Made by a program: the position numbers and the translations under genes
Shown: in pieces, positions 1-9,808 of the stretch
How positions within the stretch are numbered: position 1 is the first letter of the stretch
Layout of the letters: each line of letters starts with the position of its first letter
IMG/VR virus record: IMGVR_UViG_3300033388_000803
Coordinates: 343-64,342 of that record
Strand: one strand, 5' to 3'
Length of the DNA: 64,000 nt
Source: a virus
Taxonomy: Duplodnaviria; Caudoviricetes
Notes under the pieces: generated by a model
Seen by the model: only the letters and a program-made list of their open reading frames with translations
Database searches by the model: none
What the model was told of the DNA's origin: nothing

Positions 1-102
1 GGAGTAGCTTCAGGAGTAGTTAGAGGCGTTAAAGAAAAAGTGAAAAAGCTTAGAAACAAAATGAGAAATAGAAAAAAGAATCCTAATAGAAAAAGATTAT
101 AA
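1..102 (+). CDS. 3' end of small basic (Lys/Arg-rich) protein, partial
   Basis: Open frame GVASGVVRGVKEKVKKLRNKMRNRKKNPNRKRL*, TAA overlaps next ATG (TAATG). Confidence 0.7.
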   Translation, partial: GVASGVVRGVKEKVKKLRNKMRNRKKNPNRKRL

Positions 103-419
103 TGCCAGATCCTAAAAAGAAAAAAAGTAAAAAAAGCATATACAACGCTATAGGTTTTAGCAATAAAGATATTGATAAAATAAAAGGTGTAGGTAAAAAA
201 ATAGGTAACACTAAAATAAAAGACGTACCAAAACACACAAAGCGTATTGTAAAAAATGTTGCTAAAGGAGCTAAAGAACTTTATACTGTTATCAAAGATG
301 AATATAAGTATCAAAAGAAAGAGGCTGCAAGAGATTATGCTAAAAAGGTTGATAAGGTTAGAAGAAAGTATAGGCCAAAAGATTATGATAGTAAAGGAAA
401 ATTAAAAAAGAATCACTAA
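102..419 (+). CDS. Lys-rich small basic protein
   Basis: 105 aa ORF, very Lys-rich, coupled to upstream stop. Confidence 0.8.
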   Translation: MPDPKKKKSKKSIYNAIGFSNKDIDKIKGVGKKIGNTKIKDVPKHTKRIVKNVAKGAKELYTVIKDEYKYQKKEAARDYAKKVDKVRRKYRPKDYDSKGKLKKNH

Positions 420-420
420 T

Positions 421-594
421 ATGCCGACAGTAAAATATAAATGCCCAGATACGGGTAAAACGATGAAGAAGCAATTTCCTTATAATGCAGTTGGAAAAGC
501 ACAAGCTGGACAATTTGCAAAGGAAAGCGGAGGGAGTAAAAAAGGAAACCCAGGATATCACAGTGAAGTGAAGATGGGAAGAAAAATGTATTAA
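421..594 (+). CDS. small basic protein (57 aa, not in ORF track)
   Basis: Manual translation MPTVKYKCPDTGKTMKKQFPYNAVGKAQAGQFAKESGG...; fills gap between co-oriented genes. Confidence 0.75.
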   Translation: MPTVKYKCPDTGKTMKKQFPYNAVGKAQAGQFAKESGGSKKGNPGYHSEVKMGRKMY

Positions 595-612
595 CTATTA
601 AATTTTATAATT

Positions 613-807
613 ATGAAACAAGGATATAATTCAAGATTAGACGAGTCATTAGGAGCTCGTAATGGAAAAAAATCTCAGTCTTATAAAGACAGAAGAGATG
701 AGTCTAAAGCTATGTCAAAAAAAATGTATGATCATTCATATGGTGCTGACAAGTCAATGTCATATAGACACACAAACAAGATAGTAAAGCACGATCATTT
801 AAAATAA
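613..807 (+). CDS. small basic protein
   Basis: 64 aa MKQGYNSRLDESLG..., AT-rich leader, TAATG coupling downstream. Confidence 0.8.
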   Translation: MKQGYNSRLDESLGARNGKKSQSYKDRRDESKAMSKKMYDHSYGADKSMSYRHTNKIVKHDHLK

Positions 808-1004
808 TGGCTGGGCGTACTAAAAAATTTCCTGAAATAAAAAAAGGAAATGAAGGAAAATTTACGGCATGGGCAAAACGTAATGGCTATAGCGATGCGT
901 GTAGTGCTGCAAATGCTGTAATGAAAAACACAAAAAAACATTCAGAGTCTGTAGTAAAAATGGCAAACTATGCTAAAAACTTTGGATGCAGTATGAAATC
1001 TTAA
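807..1004 (+). CDS. small basic protein (MAGRTKK / AWAKR motif)
   Basis: 65 aa, IKKGNEGKFTAWAKR...MANYAKN motif of phage basic proteins. Confidence 0.8.
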   Translation: MAGRTKKFPEIKKGNEGKFTAWAKRNGYSDACSAANAVMKNTKKHSESVVKMANYAKNFGCSMKS

Positions 1005-1019
1005 TTAAAATATATTATA

Positions 1020-1238
1020 ATGGCAAAAAAGAAATCAACTAAAAAGAATTTATTAAAGAAAGAACCCAAGGCTCCTAAAAACATGACGTATGAAGAAAAG
1101 GTTGCCTTAAAAACTTCAGGTGTTCCTGGAAAAACAAAAACAGTAGAGCCTCCTAAAGAGGTAAAACCAGATTCTCATGTGCAATTTATAACTGCTCGTC
1201 CTGCGACACCAGTTAACTCAAGAGATCGAAATAGATAA
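1020..1238 (+). CDS. small Lys/Pro-rich basic protein
   Basis: 72 aa MAKKKSTKK... Confidence 0.75.
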   Translation: MAKKKSTKKNLLKKEPKAPKNMTYEEKVALKTSGVPGKTKTVEPPKEVKPDSHVQFITARPATPVNSRDRNR

Positions 1239-1246
1239 CTAAAAAA

Positions 1247-1366
1247 ATGATTGAAAAATTAATATCTTTGTATAGCTATTTAAAATGTAAATGGAATAGT
1301 TTAATGAACTTCTTATCTTTTAATGTAGATGAGTGTCCAAATGAAACTTGCTCATGCAAAATGTAA
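1247..1366 (+). CDS. 39 aa Cys-containing peptide (not in ORF track)
   Basis: MIEKLISLYSYLKCKWNSLMNFLSFNVDECPNETCSCKM*, A-rich leader. Confidence 0.55.
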   Translation: MIEKLISLYSYLKCKWNSLMNFLSFNVDECPNETCSCKM

Positions 1367-1527
1367 ACAGACCGTCTAGAGGATTAGGCGATACAATAGC
1401 GAAAGTAACTAAGGCAACTGGGTTAGACAAGGTGGCTGATAGAATGGCAAAAGCAGCTGGCAAAGAAGACTGTGGTTGTGGAGAAAGAAGAGATACTTTA
1501 AATAGAGTGTTTCCATATAAAAAATAA
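1354..1527 (+). CDS. 57 aa protein with GLGDT...DCGC..R...LN..FPY motif (not in ORF track)
   Basis: Manual translation; motif recalled from Bacteroidota phage hypothetical proteins. Confidence 0.75.
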   Translation: MQNVNRPSRGLGDTIAKVTKATGLDKVADRMAKAAGKEDCGCGERRDTLNRVFPYKK

Positions 1528-1532
1528 AAAAA

Positions 1533-2315
1533 ATGGCATATCAAAAAATAGTAGTAAACACAGGCATGTCCGCAGCAGTTCTTGCTAGTGACACTAACCA
1601 TATACCTAATCTACCAAATGTATCTATAGTGACAGGTACTGGTGATCCCGTTGACAGTGGTACAACAACGGCTGCAAACACAAATACTTTAGTAGATACA
1701 GGAGCAAACTTTGTAGCAACAACAGCACCATTTCCAGTTGTGGCAGGAGATCTTGTTTTTAATACAACTAATACTGGAAACTCAACAGCTGTTTCTGCAA
1801 CAGCAACCTCAGTAGTAATGGGTGCCAACATATTTACTCAAGCAGCTGGTGGTGAAAACTATGTAATTTTAAGAGCAAACACTTTAATTGATACAAGTAG
1901 AGACTTCCAAGCTTTAGGCGTTCAGGGTGGAGACATAGTTTACAATACAGCAACAAATACTCAAGCGGTAATTCAGTTTGTAAATGGAAGCTTGTTATCT
2001 TTAGATACTGATATTTTTGGATCGTTAACATCTTATAATAATGCATATAAAATTTTCGTTGCAGGAGGTAGTAAAGGTGGTGCAACTGTAATGAAATCTG
2101 CTGATTGTTGCTTATTGTATGTAGGCACAGACACAGCTAATGATGCGATGGGTGACGCTACTCAATATGTAGATGTAAGAGTTTTAACTTGTGCAGACAA
2201 TGAGGTTATATTTAAAAACTTTAAAGTTGGAGAATATTTACCAGTTCAAATCAAACAACTTTTCGAAACAGGAACTTCAGTTTCTGCAAGAGAATCATGT
2301 CTAGCTATTTGGTAA
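1533..2315 (+). CDS. putative virion structural protein with two internal beta-rich repeats
   Basis: 260 aa; duplicated ANTL.DT...F....V..GD.V.NT module. Confidence 0.7.
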   Translation: MAYQKIVVNTGMSAAVLASDTNHIPNLPNVSIVTGTGDPVDSGTTTAANTNTLVDTGANFVATTAPFPVVAGDLVFNTTNTGNSTAVSATATSVVMGANIFTQAAGGENYVILRANTLIDTSRDFQALGVQGGDIVYNTATNTQAVIQFVNGSLLSLDTDIFGSLTSYNNAYKIFVAGGSKGGATVMKSADCCLLYVGTDTANDAMGDATQYVDVRVLTCADNEVIFKNFKVGEYLPVQIKQLFETGTSVSARESCLAIW

Positions 2316-2316
2316 T

Positions 2317-2583
2317 ATGACAGTTATTTCTGAAAACACAAGGTTTAGCTTAAGCCCTAAAAATTTTCTTACCATTCTTGTGTTAGTAGGAAGTATGGTA
2401 GGCATGTATTATTCCTTACAGGCTCAGATTGAAATAGCTAAAGAATTGCCTGAACCAAGTCAAACTCCTACAGAGCAAATGATAGAAATACAAAAAGAGT
2501 TGGTTTTTATTAAAACAGAAATGTTAGAAATGAAAGAAACTCTAAATAGGCTAGACGATAGAATTTATCAACTAAGAAAATAA
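2317..2583 (+). CDS. membrane-anchored coiled-coil protein (lysis-associated?)
   Basis: One TM segment plus C-terminal coiled coil, directly upstream of amidase. Confidence 0.6.
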   Translation: MTVISENTRFSLSPKNFLTILVLVGSMVGMYYSLQAQIEIAKELPEPSQTPTEQMIEIQKELVFIKTEMLEMKETLNRLDDRIYQLRK

Positions 2584-2586
2584 TGA

Positions 2587-3000
2587 ATGAGAGCAATAAA
2601 AAAAATTATTGTTCATTGTTCTGCTACTCCACGAAATAAAGATTTTTCAGCAGAAGATATAAGAGACTGGCATGTTAAAGGAAACGGCTGGGACGATATA
2701 GGATATCATTTTGTTGTAAGGCTAAATGGACAAATAGAATATGGCAGAATGGTTGACAAGTATGGTGCCCATGTTTCGGGACATAACTATGATAGTTTGG
2801 GAATATGTTATATCGGTGGTATGGATAAAGAAATGAAGTGTTGGGAAGACACCAGAACTGATCAACAAAAAGAATCTTTACTTTTACTTCTTAAAACATT
2901 AAAAAAATTTCACCCCGATGCAGTTGTTTATGGTCATAGAGATTTTTCAAGCAAAGAGTGTCCTAGTTTTGATGCAACAAAAGAATATAATGAATTATGA
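2587..3000 (+). CDS. N-acetylmuramoyl-L-alanine amidase (T7 lysozyme-like endolysin)
   Basis: IIVHCSAT, GWDDIGYH, GAHVSGHN, GICYIGG, GHRDF, K.CPSFD motifs. Confidence 0.95.
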   Translation: MRAIKKIIVHCSATPRNKDFSAEDIRDWHVKGNGWDDIGYHFVVRLNGQIEYGRMVDKYGAHVSGHNYDSLGICYIGGMDKEMKCWEDTRTDQQKESLLLLLKTLKKFHPDAVVYGHRDFSSKECPSFDATKEYNEL

Positions 3001-3401
3001 ATATATGGAGTAAGATATTTGGATCAGCAGGGTTGGAAGTGGCAGACAAGGTTAGTAATGTGGTTGATAGGTTTGTTCAAACTCCTGATGAAAAAATAGC
3101 GTTTAAAAAAGAAATGTTAGAAATATTTAATAACGCTGCTATTGATGAACAAAAGAATGTAACCGAACGCTGGAAAAGCGATATGTCATCAGATAACTAT
3201 CTGTCTAAAACAGTTAGACCAGCTGTTTTAATATTTTTGATTTTTAGTACAATCTTGCTTATTTTTATTGATTCAGGATTTATTACCTTTGTAGTTGACG
3301 ATGAGTGGAAGGATCTTTTAAAAGTTTTGCTAGTTACAGTAGTGGCTGCATACTTTGGAGGACGCTCATATGAAAAGGGAACTAAAATCAAAAATAAGTA
3401 A
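2997..3401 (+). CDS. holin (GTA 3TM-holin-like)
   Basis: RW.SDM.SD..LSK.VRP, two TM helices, YFGGRS.EK; follows amidase. Confidence 0.8.
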   Translation: MNIWSKIFGSAGLEVADKVSNVVDRFVQTPDEKIAFKKEMLEIFNNAAIDEQKNVTERWKSDMSSDNYLSKTVRPAVLIFLIFSTILLIFIDSGFITFVVDDEWKDLLKVLLVTVVAAYFGGRSYEKGTKIKNK

Positions 3402-4123
3402 TGGCAAAAATATCATCGTATCCAATACAGTCTGTAATAGTAGGAACTGATAAAGTTATAGGTAGTGATGCTATAAACGCCATGGCAACAAAGAATTTTA
3501 CTTTTGATGATATTGCTATATTTTTAAACACAAACAATAAAATAGAAAGTAACGCTTTAAGGTATCAATATCAAAACTGGAACACAGGAGATGTAAGAAG
3601 ATCGGGAACTATATCTTTTGCTAACTCAGGAGCAGGAACACCAGCCTTTTCTTCTTTAACAACTTTTATGTTAAGTAAGTTTATGTTAAAATCAAACATA
3701 GACATATCTTCTTATTACTCAGTGCCATTAATATCTTCAGTAGTTTTAATTTCACAAACAGATAATCCATCAAACTTTGGTGTATATGATTGGAATTCAG
3801 CAGTGCAAGATGGGGTAGAGACTGATTTTTTTGACATTGGAGTAACATTTAAAGCGGGTGCTGGTAACCTACAAAACGATAAAGATTATTTCATATCTTT
3901 GCTAACGTATGGCGGAGCAGTTTCTGGAGATAAAAACTATGTGTTTTCTCAGAATGTAGCTGCTAATCCTTGGGTAATAAATCATGGATTAAATAAGTAT
4001 CCGTCAGTATCTGTTGTTAACTCAGCGTTAGAAACAGTATACGGAGATGTAGAGTATGATAGTTTAAACCAAGTAACAATAACTTTTAACGGCCCACAAA
4101 CAGGAAAGGCCTTTTTTAACTAA
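3401..4123 (+). CDS. tail fibre adaptor/hub protein
   Basis: N-term MAKISSYP...DKVIG.D shared with 11047 fibre; C-term W.INHGLNKYPSVSVV domain. Confidence 0.7.
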   Translation: MAKISSYPIQSVIVGTDKVIGSDAINAMATKNFTFDDIAIFLNTNNKIESNALRYQYQNWNTGDVRRSGTISFANSGAGTPAFSSLTTFMLSKFMLKSNIDISSYYSVPLISSVVLISQTDNPSNFGVYDWNSAVQDGVETDFFDIGVTFKAGAGNLQNDKDYFISLLTYGGAVSGDKNYVFSQNVAANPWVINHGLNKYPSVSVVNSALETVYGDVEYDSLNQVTITFNGPQTGKAFFN

Positions 4124-4137
4124 CTAAAAAACAAAAC

Positions 4138-4530
4138 ATGAGAAAAATATTTTTAACATCAATATTAAGTTTATTTACAATTTTAGCTTCAGCACAATTT
4201 ATGGTAACTAGCACGCTTAGTTCACCAGCAGATGGAGAAGAAGTAAGTCTAGATAACTTAACAGATAACATAGGAGTAATGTATTCTATGGATAAAATAA
4301 GTGCAGGAATAATGATGGATGGAGATGATTATAATTTAGTAGCAAGATATACTTTTGGAGAACACTTGTTTGCATATGGATTAATGACTGAAGAAGAAGA
4401 AATTTCTTTAGGAGTGGGGTATGCATTAAATGTGTGGAACGAGTTATATATTGAGCCATCTTATCTATTAGATATGGAATCAGAAGATAGTGAAGGAGAA
4501 CTTAAATTAAGTTTAACTTATAAATTTTAA
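4138..4530 (+). CDS. small outer-membrane beta-barrel-like protein
   Basis: Sec signal peptide (…ASA-Q), alternating amphipathic strands, C-terminal YKF (BAM-type signal). Confidence 0.7.
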   Translation: MRKIFLTSILSLFTILASAQFMVTSTLSSPADGEEVSLDNLTDNIGVMYSMDKISAGIMMDGDDYNLVARYTFGEHLFAYGLMTEEEEISLGVGYALNVWNELYIEPSYLLDMESEDSEGELKLSLTYKF

Positions 4531-4550
4531 CAATATAAAACACAGATAAC

Positions 4551-7190
4551 ATGGCAATTAATTTTTTACAAAATGTCTCGCTCAATAATACAGAGCTACA
4601 AAACTTTAAAGTACAGAACGTAACTTCTGATCCAACCGTAACTGGAGAGGGTCAGTTAATATATAGATCAGACTCTAATGTTCTTAAATTTTATAATGGC
4701 TCTAATTGGATTACTTTAGATAGTAACGCAGGTACCGTAACTTCTGTTGGAGTATCTAGTAATTACTTAACTATTGGTAGTTCACCAATAACAAGTAGCG
4801 GAACAATATCAGTTAATATGCCAAACTCTGGCGTTACAGCTGCATCATATACTCACGCAAGTATTACTGTAAATGCACAGGGTATTGTAACAGCCGCATC
4901 AAATGGAACGGCTACATTAGGAGTAACATCATTCACTAATTCTAACGGAACATTTGTTTCTGCTGGAACTGCAAACTCTAGTGCTACAGGAGCAGTAACT
5001 ATGGGTACCATAGATTTATCAGCAACTGGTTCTCCAAGTAGTTCTACTTTCTTAAGAGGTGATAATGTATGGGCAGCGATTCCAGGGGGATATACTTCAT
5101 GGACACTTCAAGGTGATTCAGGATCAAATTTATCAGTTACAAATGGAGTGACTGTAGATATAGCTGGTGGTACTGGAATTTCTACTGCAACAACAGCAAC
5201 AGGAATGACTTTAACAAACACTGGTGTAACATCAGCTGTAGCAGGGTCAAACATATCTGTAAGTAGTGCAACAGGAGCGGTAACAATAGCGTATACTGGA
5301 GGAACAGGAACAATGAGTTCATGGAATTTGGTTGGGGACACAGGAAGTCAGTCTATAACAAATGGAAACAATGCTACTTTTATTGGAGGAACTGGTATTA
5401 CAACGGCAGCAAGTGCAACTGATGATTTAACAATTACTCTTGATGATACATCGGTTACTGCTGGTTCTTATACTTCGGCTAACTTTACGGTTGATGCACA
5501 AGGTAGAATAACTGCCGCATCTAATGGTGGTGCAGGAACAATGACATCATGGACTATTGGATCAACGTCAGGATCAAATCAAACTGTAAGTAATGGCGAG
5601 GTTGTAGACATAGTAGGTGGTACATATATAAGTGGAACTATTGGAGGAACAAGAACTGTTACTCTTTCTCACGACACTACTTCAAGAAGTGATACTACAA
5701 GTTCATCTTCACCAGGTTCAGCAGGAACATTTACAGCAGTTGATTCGGTTACTACAAATTCTACAGGTCACATTACAGCTCTTAATGTAAAGACTGTTAC
5801 AATGCCAACATCTCCTACTGTTTATGCAGGGTGGACTTTAGATGGCGATTCAGGATCAGCACAAACTATAGCATCTGGAAATACAGCAACATTTATTGGA
5901 GGGTCAGGTATAACAACTGCTGTTAGTGCGACAGATGATTTAACTATAACTAACTCAGGAGTTCTAAGTAATGTAGCTGGAACAGGTATTGGAGTAAGTG
6001 GGGCAACAGGAAACGTAACAATATCTAACACAGGGGTAACAGCGGTTTCAGCTGGAACAGGAATTAGTGTTAGTGGCTCAACAGGATCAGTAACAATAAC
6101 AAATACAGTTACTAATACAGATGCAAATTATGCATTAAGTGTAGGTGCTGTATCATCAAATGAATCTACATTATCATTAGTTGGTTCAAGTGGTGGTTCA
6201 ACAACAACAGCTAAATTCTCAGGAACTACTTCTGAGATAGAAATAACAACTCCATCAACTGGTAATGGTGGTGATATTACTATTGGATTACCAAGTAATG
6301 TTACTGTAACCACAAGTTTAAATGTAGGGACTGGAGGAATAGAAACAACAGGAGCATTAAATGTAACAGGAACAGGTCAATCAGCTTTTGCTGGTCAAGT
6401 AACTGTACCAACAACACCTTCAGCTTCAACAGATGCAGCTTCGAAAGCTTATGTATTAGCACAAGTTGGAGGAGTAGGGGCATTTCAGGGAGGATATAAT
6501 GCAAGTACAAACTCTCCTGCATTATCTGGAGCTGCCAACGTAGCTTTAAATAATGGTGACTTCTTTGTAGTTACAGTAGCAGGTTCAGCATTCTTTAGTA
6601 CGCAATTAGAACCAGGAGATTTATTATTTGCAAATGCAGATATTGCAGCAAGTTCATCTCCAGCTAAGTCTGACTATACGGTTGTTATAGCTGACGAAAA
6701 CATTGCAGGTGCTGGAGCAACTGATGGTGCAACAGCAAAAGGGGTTGCAGGATTTGATTCAGCAAACTTTGGTGTAACAGCAAATGGATTTGTAACAATA
6801 GATAACTCTGGTGTAACAGCAGCATCATATGGTGGTGTAACTAAATCTTTAAATGCAACAGTTGACGCTAAAGGATTTGTTACTGCAATGTCTGAAAATA
6901 CTATTGCAATACCAGCTTCACAAATAACAGACTTTTGTCAAGCAGTTACAACTTGTATTGGAAACAATCATAATGCAGTTGCAAATATTGGTAACAACTC
7001 AGCAACAACATACACTGTAACTCATAATTTAGGAACAAGAGATGTTATGGTGCAAGTTTATCGTAACGAATCTCCTTTTGATACTATTTTTGTGGGTGTT
7101 GAAAGAACGTCTACATCTGCCGTAACTCTTAGTACAGTAGAAGCTTTAGATACAAATGAGGCAAGAGTATTGATTACTGAGATACTTTAA
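4551..7190 (+). CDS. tail fibre protein (Gly/Thr-rich repeats)
   Basis: Repeated W.L.GD(S/T)G...GG.GI.T and VTAGSYT..TVDAQGRITAASNG fibre motifs; C-term VTHNLGTRDV.VQVY. Confidence 0.85.
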   Translation: MAINFLQNVSLNNTELQNFKVQNVTSDPTVTGEGQLIYRSDSNVLKFYNGSNWITLDSNAGTVTSVGVSSNYLTIGSSPITSSGTISVNMPNSGVTAASYTHASITVNAQGIVTAASNGTATLGVTSFTNSNGTFVSAGTANSSATGAVTMGTIDLSATGSPSSSTFLRGDNVWAAIPGGYTSWTLQGDSGSNLSVTNGVTVDIAGGTGISTATTATGMTLTNTGVTSAVAGSNISVSSATGAVTIAYTGGTGTMSSWNLVGDTGSQSITNGNNATFIGGTGITTAASATDDLTITLDDTSVTAGSYTSANFTVDAQGRITAASNGGAGTMTSWTIGSTSGSNQTVSNGEVVDIVGGTYISGTIGGTRTVTLSHDTTSRSDTTSSSSPGSAGTFTAVDSVTTNSTGHITALNVKTVTMPTSPTVYAGWTLDGDSGSAQTIASGNTATFIGGSGITTAVSATDDLTITNSGVLSNVAGTGIGVSGATGNVTISNTGVTAVSAGTGISVSGSTGSVTITNTVTNTDANYALSVGAVSSNESTLSLVGSSGGSTTTAKFSGTTSEIEITTPSTGNGGDITIGLPSNVTVTTSLNVGTGGIETTGALNVTGTGQSAFAGQVTVPTTPSASTDAASKAYVLAQVGGVGAFQGGYNASTNSPALSGAANVALNNGDFFVVTVAGSAFFSTQLEPGDLLFANADIAASSSPAKSDYTVVIADENIAGAGATDGATAKGVAGFDSANFGVTANGFVTIDNSGVTAASYGGVTKSLNATVDAKGFVTAMSENTIAIPASQITDFCQAVTTCIGNNHNAVANIGNNSATTYTVTHNLGTRDVMVQVYRNESPFDTIFVGVERTSTSAVTLSTVEALDTNEARVLITEIL

Positions 7191-7200
7191 TCTAAATCAC

Positions 7201-7252
7201 ATATACGAGTTTAAATATTAGTTAAACACTTTTATTTAAATTCGTATATTTG
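7201..7252 (+). promoter_or_regulatory. 17-bp-arm inverted repeat overlapping TATATTTG -7 promoter box
   Basis: ATATACGAGTTTAAATA (7201-7217) / TATTTAAATTCGTATAT (7233-7249); TATATTTG 7245-7252. Confidence 0.65.
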
Positions 7253-7272
7253 TAAAAATCTAATTTCTCAAT

Positions 7273-9807
7273 ATGCCTGTATTTTTTCAAGACAATACTT
7301 ACGATGATAATACCAAAGTAATTTTTGGTCAAACTACTGGTGCTACTACTTTTCCACATATAAGATGGTTCAATGACACAAATGCCGATTATTGGCATTT
7401 TGATAATTCGTCAAACGGCTGTATTTGGGAAAACGGAAATATGCTTTGGATGCAAAACGCAGGCCTTAACTCTGGTTTTGGAATGCAGATAGAATCAGGA
7501 ATAGTTAAATTATTTAACTCTGAAGGTTTAGGTAATGGGGGTACAATTAGATTAACGACAACAACTTCTGGAGTTGATATTAATGGTAAGTTTGTTACAT
7601 CTGCCGTTTCCGACTGTGCAGGTTTAAATATGACTGATGACTTAGACATGAATGCTAATGATTTTATAGATTCAAATAATTCAACAGGATCAGCAAATCA
7701 AGTGTTAATATCAAAAGGAACGGGAAATGGAACAGAATGGATAACGCTTCCTGGAAGCTCAGGAGCTGGAACCGTTACTAGCGTTGCGGCATTAACATTA
7801 GGAACTTCAGGAACTGACTTATCTAGTACAGTAACAAACTCAACTACTACTCCTGTAATAACCTTAAATGTTCCTACAGCATCAGCAGCTAATAGGGGTG
7901 CTTTGTCATCAACAGACTGGGCAACATTTAACGGTAAAATGCAGTCTTTTACTATACAAGGTGACTCAGGGAGTTCTACAGTTACAGGCTTACAAACAGT
8001 AGATATTGCAGGAGGAACTGGTATTACTACAGCGGAAAGCTCAAGAACCGTAACAATCACAAATTCTAAGCCTTTTGATGGAATAACTGTTTCAGGAACT
8101 ACAGGAGGTGGTACAGTAATATCAAATAACGGATTTATAGCAATAGCCGCTGGTTCAGGTATAACAACAACAAATAGTAACGGAACAATAACAATAGCTG
8201 CAACGGGTGGAGGTGGTTCAATGTCAAACTGGATTTTGCAAGGAGATTCTGGAACTAATCTAACGGTTACCAATGGTAACACAATAGATATTGCTGGAGG
8301 AACAAATATTTCAACTGCCACTACAGCGACTGGAATAACCATAAATAATGGTATAACAAACAATAATCAATTAACAAACGGAGCAGGGTATACAACAAAT
8401 ACAGGAACAGTTACTGCTGTAAATGGTACTGCACCAGTAGTTTCGTCAGGAGGTACGGCCCCTACTATTTCTATGGCAGCGGCAACTACTTCGGTTGACG
8501 GTTATTTAACAGCAGGAAACTTTACAACTTTCAATAATAAAATGACTAATTTCACTATTGAGGCTGACACTGGTGGTGCGGCAACAATAGATAATGGTGA
8601 TGCTATAGATATAATTGGAGGTACAAATATAACAACACATCGTTCAGGAAATAATATAACTATAAATTCAAGTGCATCAGGTACAGTTGTTAGTGTTGGC
8701 TTAGCTGTTCCATCGGCCTTTACAGTTACGGGGACACCTATAACAACAACAGGGACATTTACAATAGCAGGTGCAGGAACTTCATCTCAATATGTAAGAG
8801 GAGACGGAGGTTTAGCTACCTTCCCAACTATACCGCCAGCAGGAGTAACTTCAGTAGCTACTGGAAGTGGACTAACTGGTGGAACAATAACAAGTACAGG
8901 AACTGTATCAGTTGATTATGGTTCATCAGGATTAATTAATGATGCACCAGGAGGTACAGGGTCAATAAGTGAGAATGATTTTATATTAATAGGTAAAGAC
9001 GAGTCTGGTTCTGGAGAAACAAGATCTTATGAGGTGCAAGAGCTTAGTTCAGTATTAGGAGGAGTAACTTCTGTAGGTATTACTGCGGGTACAGGAATTA
9101 GTGTTTCTGGCTCACCGATAACTTCTTCAGGAAGTATTACTGTAACAAATACTATTACAAACAACAATCAATTAACAAACGGAGCAGGATATACAACTAA
9201 TACTGGTACTGTAACTACAGTTGGTGCAGCCAACCCAACTTCTGGTGGTGCGGCAGGATTTCCACTTTTTATTACCAGTACAGCTTCAACAACACCAGTA
9301 GTAAACTTAAACCAAGGACAGATAACAGGAACTAAAGTATCTACAGCCGCAGGTGGAGGAGTTACAAGTGGAACTTGGAATGCTAATACTCAATTAGATA
9401 AAACAGATAATACAGATAATTCGTATCAAGGAGAAATAGTATATTTTGGTACTGCCGCAAGTTCTCCTTTAGCTCAAGGAAAGCTATATGTTTATACTGC
9501 AACGGATGGGGAATGGGCAGCTGCAAAAGCAGATGCTGTAGGAACATCCGCAGGGCTATTAGCCATTGCATTAGGAACAACTGTTTCGGCAGGAATGTTT
9601 ACAAGAGGTATGTATACTAATAGTTACACAACAACAGGAAGTTCTAATGGAAGTATTTTGTATATTGATAGTGTAAATGCGGGTTCTATGACACATGAAC
9701 CACCATCAGGCACAGGTAAATTTGTAAGAATTGTAGGTACACAGTTAGACTCATCTAATGGTCAAATATTTTTTCATCCAGACAATACATTTATAGAGCT
9801 ATCATAA
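7273..9807 (+). CDS. tail fibre protein
   Basis: Same GDSG/GGTGIT repeats; duplicated ITNNNQLTNGAGYTTNTGTVT. Confidence 0.85.
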   Translation: MPVFFQDNTYDDNTKVIFGQTTGATTFPHIRWFNDTNADYWHFDNSSNGCIWENGNMLWMQNAGLNSGFGMQIESGIVKLFNSEGLGNGGTIRLTTTTSGVDINGKFVTSAVSDCAGLNMTDDLDMNANDFIDSNNSTGSANQVLISKGTGNGTEWITLPGSSGAGTVTSVAALTLGTSGTDLSSTVTNSTTTPVITLNVPTASAANRGALSSTDWATFNGKMQSFTIQGDSGSSTVTGLQTVDIAGGTGITTAESSRTVTITNSKPFDGITVSGTTGGGTVISNNGFIAIAAGSGITTTNSNGTITIAATGGGGSMSNWILQGDSGTNLTVTNGNTIDIAGGTNISTATTATGITINNGITNNNQLTNGAGYTTNTGTVTAVNGTAPVVSSGGTAPTISMAAATTSVDGYLTAGNFTTFNNKMTNFTIEADTGGAATIDNGDAIDIIGGTNITTHRSGNNITINSSASGTVVSVGLAVPSAFTVTGTPITTTGTFTIAGAGTSSQYVRGDGGLATFPTIPPAGVTSVATGSGLTGGTITSTGTVSVDYGSSGLINDAPGGTGSISENDFILIGKDESGSGETRSYEVQELSSVLGGVTSVGITAGTGISVSGSPITSSGSITVTNTITNNNQLTNGAGYTTNTGTVTTVGAANPTSGGAAGFPLFITSTASTTPVVNLNQGQITGTKVSTAAGGGVTSGTWNANTQLDKTDNTDNSYQGEIVYFGTAASSPLAQGKLYVYTATDGEWAAAKADAVGTSAGLLAIALGTTVSAGMFTRGMYTNSYTTTGSSNGSILYIDSVNAGSMTHEPPSGTGKFVRIVGTQLDSSNGQIFFHPDNTFIELS

Positions 9808-9808
9808 T

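Noticed and set aside
1263-1270. TATCTTTG promoter-like match
   Set aside because: Lies inside a plausible 39-aa ORF within a tightly packed operon; cannot be supported.
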